A stretch of 63,752 nucleotides of DNA, the filler included, from Sphacelaria rigidula (taxonomy: Eukaryota), in assembly GCA_964200075.2 (NCBI GenBank). It is 10 parts of 10 records of this genome, joined end to end, with 100 filler letters (N's around TTAATTAATTAA, not from the genome) between each part and the next. Parts side by side here need not be neighbours in the genome. Positions count along the whole stretch, not along the records: positions 51,083 to 57,367 come from CAXNAA020021016.1; positions 57,468 to 63,752 come from CAXNAA020021017.1; 8 more parts are not named here. One strand, written 5' to 3'. The stretch's first letter is position 1. Every line of letters begins with the position of its first letter. Under the pieces are notes generated by a model. That model did not search any database, was not told the DNA's origin, and saw nothing but the letters and a program-made list of their open reading frames with translations. Shown one piece after another: positions 51,083 through 61,729 of this stretch. Both the position numbers and the translations under genes were made by a program.

Positions 51083-54000
51083 GAAAGCACTGTTTTAGGC
51101 TTGAACCTCATCTCGGAGTTAAACCTCAATTCGCACAATTTGTTGGTTTGAGCTGACAAATCGAAAGACACACACAAAACAAAATATGTGTCTACTCGCT
51201 GTCCCCAGTGTAAATCAAGGCGCGACGATGCCTGTTGAACAGCGTGAATGGGAGCGGCTGTGTAAGGATATCGGCGTTTTGCCACTCCGAATCCACATGA
51301 ACAATCCTTACTACTCCCGTCCTAACCAAGTCCCTAATAAAGTGCCACCTCACGTCGATGTGCTTACTTCGACCTGAGCTGAGGGGGTTGTCGGCTAGAG
51401 CTTTAGCCCCGTCATTGTCTTCATAGAGAACAATATCGTGCTCTACTTGTCATCCCAACACGACCTCTCGTCGTAGGAAAGACAGTACCGACCTGACCAA
51501 TATGCATTCGTTCGCTCCTTCCGCCATAGCTACGTACTCGGCTTCCGTGGTTGACAGGGTAACGCAGTGTTGCGTTCGACTAGTACTTGATACTGCTATT
51601 CCCCCGTACATGACAGCTACACCGGAAATTGACCGCCGGTCTGTATCTTTCTTGGCGTAATCAGCGTCACAATAGACTATGAGCCTACTCTCTCCTGAAC
51701 TAAAAGTCAGACCGTAGTCTCTGGTCGTGTTGAGGTACGCCAGAACTTTCAACACCCCTCGCCAGTGTCTTTCACATGAGTCATGTGATTGTCGGGCCGG
51801 GTTTCGGGCTGCATTTTCTTTGTCAGGCCTGGTTACCCGAGCCAACCACATCAAAACTCCCACGTCACTCCGGTATGGCCTATCCAAAACCTTTTCACCT
51901 TGCTTCACCTGTCCAAAATCTGCAGACACTGATGCGGGAATATCAGAAAATTCCGTAACCTCGAAACGCTTCAGCATGGTGTCAACAAAGGTCGTCTGAT
52001 TTACGTACATGGTACCTCTTTTCCAATTCCTCTCTATGGCACACCCCATATACCACTGGACTTCACCTAAGTTTTTCGTCGGGGATCTGTTGTTGAGGAC
52101 ATTATACACCCTCTCCACTCTTTCGTTTCTCCCCCAAATAGAATGTCGTCTACCTGCACAACAAGTACGACACACAATTCCCCCCTTTCCTCCAGTCTGT
52201 ACACACACGGGTCGGCGTTACTTTGCGACATTTTTACATCCTACATCAGCGTTTTGTTCAGGAGGAGGGGCCATTGCCTTTCTGCTTGTTTTACGCCGTA
52301 TACGGATTTGTCTAGCCTAACTGTGCTACCTATCAATTGGCCACACCTTTCTGAGAGCTTCATGAACACGTTCGTGTCCAGTTTGGCTCGTACAAAAGCC
52401 TGGGTAACGTCGAAGTGATATATTGGCCATCCTCTTTGTACTGCCATGGCCACGACCAATTTTATTGATGCCATGGCCGGGGTGGCTGCAAAAGTCTCAA
52501 AATAACCCACCGCGAATCTCTGGCCAAAGCCACGCGCTATTAATCTAGCTTTCGCTTTAGTTACAGTACCATTAGAGTCGGTTTTCCGAGTGAACACCCA
52601 TTTGGCTGTGATTATGTTTACTCCTTTTGGAATTTCTCCTTTTGAAAATGTACCTGCGGTTTCATGCCCATTCAGTTCTGCACGCATGGCACTCAACCAT
52701 ATTTCCTTGTATTCCGACTTTTCTATGTCTTCTACTGTTACGGGGGGAGTTTCTACACCTCTCACGTGCAGACCGATGGGGGAATGCAAACGAAAACTGA
52801 ACTCTTCCTCCGTCCCGTTTTCGGCTGAAGAACAAAAATACTCCTGCTCCGCAGAGGTCTCTTCGATCAACATGGCCGCGCTGCCTCCCACCCCTGGTCC
52901 GGCTGCTGCAGTGATCAGCTCCGTCAGTCATCCCGCACTTATCCTCTGCAATTCCATACAGCACAGTCTCCGCTTGGACCCTCGCCTGATCCCTCGCCAT
53001 CGCGCGGGAGAAAATTTCGTTTCTTTCCCACGCCATCATTCTCTCCAGTTCCTCTGGCGCCGATGCTAGCTCGTTTTGGTCGGCTTCCGCTCTCGTCGCA
53101 CCGCGCGTGCGACCTGCCATTTGTGGAGGCAGAGATAATTCATCGTCGAGTGCAAGACGGCGTAGCTCCGTCCTTGGGATTTCGGGAGCTCCACCGCCCC
53201 CCTCGTCGTTGCGCTCGGCGATGTCTACGGTTGTCGGCGTTGTTGATATCGGCGTTGGCGACAGCGATGTGGGTGTCGGCGGCGGTGTTGCTGTCGGCGG
53301 CGGTGTTTTTCGGCGGCGACGTGACTGTCGGCGGCAATGTGGGTGTCGGCGGTGATGTGGGGAGCGCTGATCCCCCGTCATCAGTGAGATGTCGGACAGG
53401 GTTGCGTAAACGCCCGCGCCCCCCCCCGCTTCTGTAAGGAAGCGGCGAGGCCATCTCACCCCCCCCCGCCAATAGCGGGGGTCTGTTGTGCCGTTTCTGC
53501 GTCTAGCTCTGGGTTGGGGAGCAAGAACGACACGTGCCATGAACCGCGGGGTGATGCACGCGCCGCCGGAGTTTGCCGTTCCGCGGACTCGCTGCCGGCC
53601 GTCCCTCCCTCGATCTTGTCATCCCTCGCTCCGTCGGGCGTTGGGATCGCTTGCTGTGGGGCAGGGAGGGGAGGAGGAGGGACATCCGCCCATGTTTGTC
53701 CTGTTCCCGTCATCACTCTCATAGCATCGCGCGGGTATCCTGGGGTTGGGCTAAGGTACCCGCACCTCTGAGCTTTTCGTTGTAACTTATCTGTCCTTTG
53801 AACCCTACAAAATCCAGGCTTTAAACAAGGAAAAAGGTTGTTTTCCGGTGGTACTTCGTGCCACATTTCGTGTGGTGTCTTGTTCCCCGGGTTAGCCGAG
53901 GTCGCAGTACAGTTCAAAGCACGGAATGCGCAGCTAGCCTGTTCCGCCCACAGATTCTTGCTAGTTGGGATGTTCTGGTCCGGGTACATATCTCATGACT

Positions 54001-54812
54001 GAGTTTTGGCTGCAAGGCCGGCCGACTCTATGATGCCAATTGCACCCTCCGCTAAGCCGTTGAACTGTGGAGAGCCAGCAGTTGTTTTCTCTTGTTTCAT
54101 TTTCTCTCTATCACATAGATCCTCGAACGCCCCCGCCGAAAATTCACCCCCACCATCACTGCGGGCCTTCTCGATTTTTCGCGGGTTCATTTCTGCGATG
54201 TATTTACTAAAGTATTGTACGGACTCGTCCTTTGTGCGCAGAAAAAACAATCTAGTGTGCCGCGAGCAATCATCGTGTACTATCATCATGCACGACTTTC
54301 CTTCCCGAGATCTAACTGGTTTTGGGCCTGTGAGATCAACAAACACTCTGGAAGCTGGCTCAACTGCTCGTGTATGGGTCGATCTTGGGGTGGGCTGCCG
54401 AAGTCCTTTTCCTTCCGAGCATCCTCGGCACGGTCTCAACTCGCCGCGCAGCTCTACTCCGAGCTGCTTTGCAGTCCGCTGAAGCAAATCCTCGTGAAAA
54501 TGTGCGTGTTTGCAATGGAAATCATTCATGCCTTCAACTTTGGGGTTGGAAGGTTTCCCCGGGGCAATCACAGCGCATGCTGACGCATGCTTGTCATGAC
54601 CATTCGGAGAGATGCGGTGGGCGTACAGTAATAGTTGTCTGTGTTGACCGGGGATCTTCAGGGTATTGCCTGACTTCAACTCAACCCGGAAGCCATCACT
54701 AGACCCAATGTAGGTGTGACCCGCGTTGGACATGCTGGTCAGTGACAACAGATGATGACGGACACAAGGTGCGTGGTCTAGATTTTTCAAATGCAAGACT
54801 ATGTCGCGTCCG

Positions 54813-56486
54813 TCAGATCGTGAAGATATAGCCAGGTTTCCTCTTCCTACGATCGGGTAGGTACCACCGCCCGCGCATCTTACTTGAGTCAGGAGAAAAG
54901 TGCGAAGTGGCCCCCGTGTCAAGTACCCACGGTTCGCCCCCATCTGACTGTTCTACACCCCCCTTCCCAGTTACAAACGCATACTCGCCTGTGTTGACCT
55001 CGTCCACCGTCATGTCGAGGCTGGTTAACGCTTCTACATCAGCATCCGAACAGACGGCGTCGTCGTCCACCACGTCTACCGCCGCGCCCATCACAATCAC
55101 CGCGTCCTCCACAGTGCTCTGACAGCCGATCAAACTGTGTCCTCTCGTCCCGCACCTAACACAGCGCCTGTCTGAACAGTCTCTCGCCCGATGTGTGGTC
55201 ATCTTCTGACAAACGTGGCACCTCCACGGCATCGCAGCCCCCGACTGGCTCGTTGACGATGAAGCCGGCGACTGGTTGTTCTTGCCCTGCCCCCCGTCAC
55301 CTGCGCGACCTGGGTCCTTGGTCTTTCCCGGCTTACCTTTCCGGTGTGGACCGTTAGGTTTGCCGGGATGGCTCTTGACAGCAAGGACCTGGTCGCCGGG
55401 GGAAGCTTTCTTCCCCTTGGCGAGTTCCTGCTTGAAAAGTGCCGATTCGAAACGTTTTCGAACCGATGTCACTACGACTTCCCTCGTGAGTGGACCTTCG
55501 CGCTCCTCCAACGCCTGTTTTTGGTAGTTATACTCGCAAGGAAGCGCATTGACAAATTTTAGGAGGGTTTGCGCCTCCGTCAGGACGATGTTGGTGTCGT
55601 GTGATTGTAACTCTCTCGCCACCTCTTCCATCTCGATTAGGTTTTGAACAGAATCATCGCGAACTCCAATCTTCACGTGATCATACTTTTCTAGAAGGGC
55701 TAATCTAGCTCCGTTGATCTTGGGGCTGTTGAAATAATTTAACTCACGCCACACGGCTGCTGGAGACGGAATTCGGAACAAAACATCCCGGCCCCGCTTA
55801 TGTTCGAGACTTGCCACCAACATTTGCCTCGCTCTCACGTTTGCAGCTACAGTGCCCATTCCGTGCCTTGCTTCAAGATAACTTAAGGAGAACGCCTTGT
55901 TTCCCACCTCCACATCGTATGTCCTATCTTCTGGCATAGTAAACACCCAATCAACTGCTTCGCTCCTAGCAAACATAATTAGTTCGTGACTGTAGTGGTT
56001 AAACTCTGAACTCTTCCCAGAGAACTTAGGTACAGTTGCCTTGAAAACCGGGACCCCGGAAATATTTCTAACACTTGGTCGATCGTGACCGAACACTGCG
56101 ACGGACTCACTTGCGGGGTCTGCACCCTTTGCTCCGTCGCTTGCTGTCCTGTGGTCGCTCCCGCTCGGAGCTCGCTGCTCGCCCTCTCGGCTACGTCGTC
56201 GCCCGTGAGGTGTGCTGTGGCTGGCTGAGTTGTCAGCCTGGTGTTGTTGTGTTGCTTGATCCTCTTCGCTTTCGACGACGCCACTCCACCTTGCGCCTCT
56301 GGACTCTCTATCTTCGATGCCATCTACTCTACCCTGTATTACAGTTTGTGTAGACTGTACATCTCTAACCATCTCTGTCAGTGTGTCAAACTGACCACTG
56401 AACAGACTCATCATAATTTCAAGCTGACTCGTGAGCCCGTCTAATCTTTCTTCTGAAGACGGAGCGTTACCATCGTTCCAAGCCAT
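54813..56486 (-). CDS. Copia gag-protease ORF (557 aa, frameshifts out after the protease motif)
   Basis: CHVCQKMTTHRARDC, CVRCGTRGHSLIGC, DTGA. Confidence 0.88.
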   Translation of the reverse strand: MAWNDGNAPSSEERLDGLTSQLEIMMSLFSGQFDTLTEMVRDVQSTQTVIQGRVDGIEDRESRGARWSGVVESEEDQATQQHQADNSASHSTPHGRRRSREGEQRAPSGSDHRTASDGAKGADPASESVAVFGHDRPSVRNISGVPVFKATVPKFSGKSSEFNHYSHELIMFARSEAVDWVFTMPEDRTYDVEVGNKAFSLSYLEARHGMGTVAANVRARQMLVASLEHKRGRDVLFRIPSPAAVWRELNYFNSPKINGARLALLEKYDHVKIGVRDDSVQNLIEMEEVARELQSHDTNIVLTEAQTLLKFVNALPCEYNYQKQALEEREGPLTREVVVTSVRKRFESALFKQELAKGKKASPGDQVLAVKSHPGKPNGPHRKGKPGKTKDPGRAGDGGQGKNNQSPASSSTSQSGAAMPWRCHVCQKMTTHRARDCSDRRCVRCGTRGHSLIGCQSTVEDAVIVMGAAVDVVDDDAVCSDADVEALTSLDMTVDEVNTGEYAFVTGKGGVEQSDGGEPWVLDTGATSHFSPDSSKMRGRWYLPDRRKRKPGYIFTI

Positions 56487-56511
56487 ACTTGCCCAATCGC
56501 TTGATCACTAG

Positions 56512-56740
56512 TGTATTCCTTGGCTCAGGCACAGGGTAATGGTTTCAGATCTTTTATTGAAAAGCACCCAAGCTCTACTATAACTTGGGAGAGTGCTGAT
56601 GAGATAGAGGTAGATGAATGAGAATGACCAAGGGACGCGGACAGCTCCGCTGCTCTCAGCCGTACTGTACCACATTTGCACACACTTGACTGTCGGTACT
56701 CGTACGTAACCCCGACCCCCAGTTCTACGTAGATCCAGCA
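56512..56740 (-). repeat. Putative 5' LTR (229 bp)
   Basis: Minus strand TGCTGG...AATAAA...ATACA followed by PBS-like CTAGTGATCAAGCG; no second copy available to confirm. Confidence 0.55.
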
Positions 56741-57126
56741 TTACTGGGTATCTGAATCACTAGAACATTCTTCAGGACAGCGGACGACCAATCATCCGCT
56801 CGGCACATCACTGCGTTGGCAGTGATATACCCCCACCACGTCACTGACGAGAAACTTGACGCCCGAGATTTTTGTCTGGACATGAGCCTCGAGACAAACA
56901 ATAGTGAAAACATCGTCGACAATCAAACAAACGTTGTAATGGTCCGTCGCCCGCAGCTAACCAGGTATGGGCGGCATGTGAAACCACGGACGCACTTCCT
57001 ACTCCTCTCCAAAGTTGCACATCAGCGATGACGTGCGGTACTCCTGAGGGCTTTTTGTTATTCAACGGCCAGGGCCTTCAAACCTCATTTCATTGATCAA
57101 CCTCATTTTATAGAATCCTCTGTGAA

Positions 57127-57367
57127 CCCTTAGATAGCGACCCCCCCGCTGGTGGACTGAGGTAGACACTACACCTTTTGGGTTCAGAATCATTCCTTTG
57201 TCACAACTCAAAACGCCTACTCTACGGCGGAAGGGGCCGGGAGTGCATAAGAGGTACATAGTTGCGTCATAACACAGACGGTGGTGTGGTTGTCGACCAC
57301 CTCATTATTACGCCTCATAGTTTTGCTGTCCAGTCTGTAGTGTATCGTGCCGCGGCTGCACGTGCGG
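57127..57367 (+). mobile_element. piggyBac-like element left end, cut by contig end
   Basis: tgaa|cccttagatagcga; highly similar to 12435-12672. Confidence 0.78.
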
Positions 57368-57467
57368 NNNNNNNNNNNNNNNNNNNNNNNNNNNNNNNNN
57401 NNNNNNNNNNNTTAATTAATTAANNNNNNNNNNNNNNNNNNNNNNNNNNNNNNNNNNNNNNNNNNNN
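57368..57467. other. Artificial contig linker
   Basis: Same 100-nt spacer. Confidence 0.97.
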
Positions 57468-57827
57468 CCTATCTTACAGAGAATCAAGAACAAAAGCACA
57501 GGCCCACGACCTCTATTTCATACAGACTCGCGCGTTGAGTACGAGATTCAGCCCTTAGGTGTAGGGTACGATATAGGATATTTTGAGGTGTCGATACTCT
57601 GAATACCTTGAAATACTGGGCGTAATGTGTCATGGTATTCGAGGGGACTGGCCTCGGGGTCAGTAACCTCGGGCACACATGATTCGGAGTATAGCAACAT
57701 TTGGATATGAATCTTTGACTGAGTCGTTGAGGGACGACAGCTTGTTGAAAAGCTCCAATTCGAAGCTCCGCATTGTTGACATCGGTCGATACGAGATACA
57801 AGTTTACACCCTGGACAATACAATATG

Positions 57828-58170
57828 AAATATATATTGCCCGCTCAATATATCGGCACGTCGAGTGGTCAATATATATTGGGCGAGCAATATGATGGCA
57901 CGAGAGAGGGTCAATGTATATTGTGCCATCAATATGTCAAGTTTCTCGACCTGCAATAAATATCGACCGAACAATATATCACGACACGCGCCACCTCAAT
58001 ATATTTTTGCCGAGTAATATGTTGGTGCGGTGAGGTACCAATATATATTTGTCGAGTTATATATTGGCTGCCACACGATATCAAGATATATATATATATA
58101 TATATATTGATGGTTCAATATACTCAACACCCGAAGCGTCAGTATATGTATTGCCACCCCTATATGTCAC
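57828..58170 (+). repeat. Regularly interspaced array, block 1 (8 units, 42-43-bp period)
   Basis: CAATATATATTG-N6-CAATATRT-N16/17; unit starts 57828, 57870, 57912, 57954, 57997, 58039, 58082, 58140. Confidence 0.9.
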
Positions 58171-58271
58171 GTGGCAATAAAAGACGCATATCGACCCGCT
58201 TTTTCTGTCGTCGTGATGTTCACCGAAAATATATTATATGTTGTGAAGGGGATGGGCGGCCCCGTACCAGT

Positions 58272-58474
58272 TGTAATGCGTGAGAGGACCGCGTGCTTAG
58301 AGGACCGCGCCGAGGCTCGAAACACCTCACGATCGACGTTTTCCAAAACCAATCGGGCCAGTCCCTGCAGGTACCATGCCGCTGACCCCAACCCCAACAC
58401 TAACCCTAACCCTAACCTTAACCATAGGGATGTTCAAATTGCGCTCAAAGCACGCGGTCCTCTCACGCATTACA
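58272..58474. mobile_element. 203-bp MITE, TG...CA ends, 5-bp TSD, internal telomere-like CCCTAA tract
   Basis: 27-bp perfect TIR tgtaatgcgtgagaggaccgcgtgctt; CCAGT at 58267-58271 and 58475-58479. Confidence 0.9.
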
Positions 58475-58699
58475 CCAGTGGCCAGTTATATAGCAGAGAG
58501 CATATATACCGGGTCACCTCTTCTGCCACCATACTTTCTGACCAGAATATACATATATATATCAAACGAACTCGACAACTCTTCGTAGCGATGCACGCGA
58601 ACTTCTGCCACTCCCTTCGAAGCGTTTCCCAATTTGCACGGGCTCCGAGATACACCGCGTCTGGATCTTTCTTGAAGTGCACACCATACTTACAATATG

Positions 58700-58926
58700 C
58701 GATATATGTTGACCGGCCAATACATTGGCACCCACGCAGATTCAATATATATTGACCGGTTAATATGTTCTCACCAATGCGACCCTAATATATGTTGGTC
58801 GTGCAATATGCCGTCACCCACACTACCCCAATATATATACATATATATTGACGGGACAATATGTCTTCAACCCCACCCTACCAGTTTATATTGGGCGGGC
58901 AACATGTATGCAGTCCCACGAGATCA

Positions 58927-58961
<35 letters not shown>

Positions 58962-59025
58962 TGAGCGCGCAATACGTGTGAAGTCCAAGCATACCAATAT
59001 ATATGACGCCGGCAATATATACCGA
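58700..59025 (+). repeat. Regularly interspaced array, block 2 (7 units, 43-bp period, same orientation as block 1)
   Basis: Unit starts 58700, 58743, 58786, 58829, 58882, 58925, 58995; longer intervals are TA-slippage expansions. Confidence 0.9.
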
Positions 59026-59191
59026 AATTTCAATAGGATCGAATAATACATATTAAAAACATATTGTATTGTCCAGGGTGTGTACAAGTTTCATGGTTGA
59101 ATTGTCTTGTCGGCTGCGCATTGGATGTTCGTGTGCACAACAGGTTTGTTTTTTTCTCACACTTAGAACCCCTCACACGCGGCCATTTAGC

Positions 59192-59470
59192 TACACCCCA
59201 AAATGCTCCCGGAGGGATACGTAGCCCTCTCGGAGGAAACAAGCCTCCGAAGGCCTGGAGGGAACCAAACTCTACCGAACCGGAGGCCCGCGCACCCCTC
59301 CGGAGGAATTTGGGGTATGCGTGGTCCTCTAGAGGCAACAACAAGCCTCCGGAGGCCTTGAATCTCTCTGTAGGAAAAAATATATATCCTCTGGAGAGCC
59401 GCGCACCCCTCCTGAGGCGATTTATTCCTCTGAAGGCTCGAAACATTTACCCACCTGGAGGAATTTTGGC
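59192..59470. repeat. Array of degenerate CCTCYRGAGG palindromes
   Basis: About 12 copies, many 17-25 bp apart. Confidence 0.8.
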
Positions 59471-59494
59471 ATTAACCAAAGGGCCGCGTGTGCT

Positions 59495-59773
59495 CCCCTT
59501 CCTCGGGATGAGTCCGTGGTCTCAAGGGATCAACCCATCTCCCCCAGTACGTGCCTTTCGTTTTGGTCTCGCGGATTGGGCCAGCACTCCCGCACCGCGT
59601 CAACTAACGTCACACCATTCCAGTCGACTACTTTGTTCACCCATGTTCTGACGCTTTCCGCGGTGGAAATCATCCATTACAAAGAAACAATCCAACGCAT
59701 TTTGAATCGAAACCTCGCTCTCTCCACCCTAATGGCGACAGTCGGACCATTACACCACGGGGCGCGGCGTCAG
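59495..59773 (-). mobile_element. tRNA-derived SINE (family B)
   Basis: Minus strand GTGGTGTAATGG / GGTTTCGATTC; collinear with 33436-33740. Confidence 0.75.
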
Positions 59774-60226
59774 ATAGGGTTGCTGAAATGTTCCTTCGAT
59801 TGAGGATTATTGCCTGTCGTCGGCTATTCGGTCTTGTATCATGACTTGGCGTGGATATTGTTCTGGGCGTAAGGTAGCTTATATCGGTATTTCGAGCCAC
59901 ACCGAGATCACTCTCTTGGGATACCGGACAACATCATTTTCGGACGCCGTTGCTCTGAATTTTCCAAGTGAGTCCTTACCAGTCAGCCTTATAGCTGCGG
60001 GAAACTATTGGCTGTAGTTTGTACTGTAAAATACAAGGGGATAAGGCGTTTGTGTGAACACCTAGATTGAACTGCTTAGTGTGGTTTGAATTTGGGCTGA
60101 TTTGTTCCTGCACAGCTGGGCCTGCAACCGGGCACATACGGCTCGAGCCTCTGTTCTTGAGAACATACAGGACAAAGATGAAGTGTGGCTGCCTTCTCAG
60201 AGGCGACTAAGCCGAACTACATAAAA

Positions 60227-60420
60227 AATGCGTGAGAGAACCGCGTGCTTAGAGGACCACATCGGAATTCCAACATCTTTATGCTTAGGGTTAGGGGTAG
60301 TGTTTGGGTTAGGGTCAGGGGCGTTGTCTCTGCAGGGACTGACCCGATTGGGTTTCGAAAACGTCGATCCCGAGGTGTTTTGAACTATGTTGCGCTCCCC
60401 TAAGCACGCGGTCCGTATCA
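60227..60420. mobile_element. Second, older copy of the telomere-repeat MITE (opposite orientation)
   Basis: aatgcgtgagagaaccgcgtgcttagaggacc ... ttagggttagggg ... aagcacgcggtcc. Confidence 0.8.
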
Positions 60421-61379
60421 TTCACCAAATACGTCATTGCCACTCTAAACACTTTGCTCCCATCAAAGACTGGCTACAGCGAGGGGTGTGCTCATGACGT
60501 AGTTGCAGAATCTAGGAATCGTGGGTATAGTGTGGAGAGCGCGTGTATTGATCAAGGCTAGGAGCTTGGATTCCTCGTGGAGATAAGACCACTCGCAGTC
60601 TGTTGGTCGTGGGAAGTGATCCTCAGTGATGTTTTCTGGGGGACCGGAGATACGGTACCCGAGGGACGTCAGGAACGTGCTCTCCACACAACCACCTCGA
60701 TATCAAATATGCTAATTCAACGAGGCAATCTGCTACCGTTCGGCACAGGCACCAATGTCCGGTTAAATTACTTGTTGATATTTGTTCTAGTTGGTCCAGT
60801 AAAGTCTTCTTGTCTGGCATCAAGTGATCTGTAGCCTAAAATATACCAAGGCGTAGTAAATGTAGGCTGTAGGATCGTGGATGATGACCAGGGGAGAAGG
60901 GCATCCTGTGAATGATGACCCTTGCTGTGTAGCCCATGCCTAGCGGTACGGGCCGTAGCTGTTTACTCCGTGATAATATCAAGTGAGCAGAAGGACTTGT
61001 TGACCACGAGGCCAGTGCTACTGGAGGAATCCCTCGTGGATAGTCCTCTTGTCCAGATCGTCTAGCAGAGGCTACAATGTCTAGATATTGATATTCTCTG
61101 CACTCTGTTGGAAGGCCTGGAGAAACTGGAAAAGGGATCAAAGCTGTCCGGTTTTCGAAGCTTTTGAAGCTGCGGGAAGCAGCTGGTTCTTAGACGGAAG
61201 ACAGCTTACAGCGCACAGCGTTTGGAGGGACACTCCGCTGAAAGGACGCACAAGTAAGGCAATAATCTACCCGTGATTTGTTTTGTCATAGATAACATGG
61301 CTCAAGCGGCAATGACGCCGCTGGTTTGGGATAAACCAATTAAAGCAGCTGCTGACTTCGCGAGCATTGTTCATTCTCG

Positions 61380-61681
61380 CCTATGTTACAATTGTGGAGA
61401 CCATAGGCGTATTCTAAGACATTTCCCCAAGCCTCGCGCTAAAGGCGTTGCGCAACGAAATGCGCGAGATTTGTCAGGATCTCGAGGCGGTCGTCATGGC
61501 GGACAAGGTTGGAGCAACCAGAGATACGGGTGCAGAGGCAGGGGCCGAAAACGAAGTCAAGAAACGGAGAATTATATTTCAGTCGCTACTGCATCCCCAA
61601 GTACGTCCTCAAGTGCGTTTTCAAGTGATGACTCTAGATCTCTAGGCTCGTCTGTGTCGGGGAGGCTAACACATGTGTTGC

Positions 61682-61729
<48 letters not shown>

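Larger units (their letters stand above)
51210..56740 (-). mobile_element. Near full-length Ty1/copia element, frameshifted; 3' LTR beyond the contig end
   Basis: Gag with two knuckles, WVLDTGATSHF, VFVDLTG..RSDGGGEF..PQFNGLAE, AKARLIARGF..FDVTQAF..QVDD, YCDADYA..LSTTEAEY..KHIDVRWHFIR. Confidence 0.96.
57805..59082. mobile_element. 1.28-kb non-autonomous TIR element with 8-bp TSD (hAT/P-like) containing interspaced arrays
   Basis: TIR (t/c)acaccctggacaatacaatatg; TSD tacaagtt at 57797-57804 and 59083-59090. Confidence 0.9.

Noticed and set aside
52662..53540. Extra Pro/Thr-rich gene inside the copia element
   Set aside because: Frameshifted low-complexity linker between integrase and RT
56843..56870. 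Hammerhead ribozyme core candidates (CTGANGA; also near 7150, 15601, 48150)
   Set aside because: No correctly placed GAAA and stems found by eye; a covariance-model search would be needed to exclude fully
6287..57467. TTAATTAATTAA recurring with exact ~6385-bp periodicity as a biological signal
   Set aside because: Always embedded in 44+44 Ns; standard all-frame-stop linker
57828..59025. Calling the interspaced array a CRISPR
   Set aside because: Eukaryotic TE context, no cas genes, spacers only 6 and 16-17 nt, repeats degenerate; kept as an unclassified array
60468..60490. Gypsy primer-binding site tggctacagcgagggg
   Set aside because: Plausible, but no paired LTR or tRNA match can be verified
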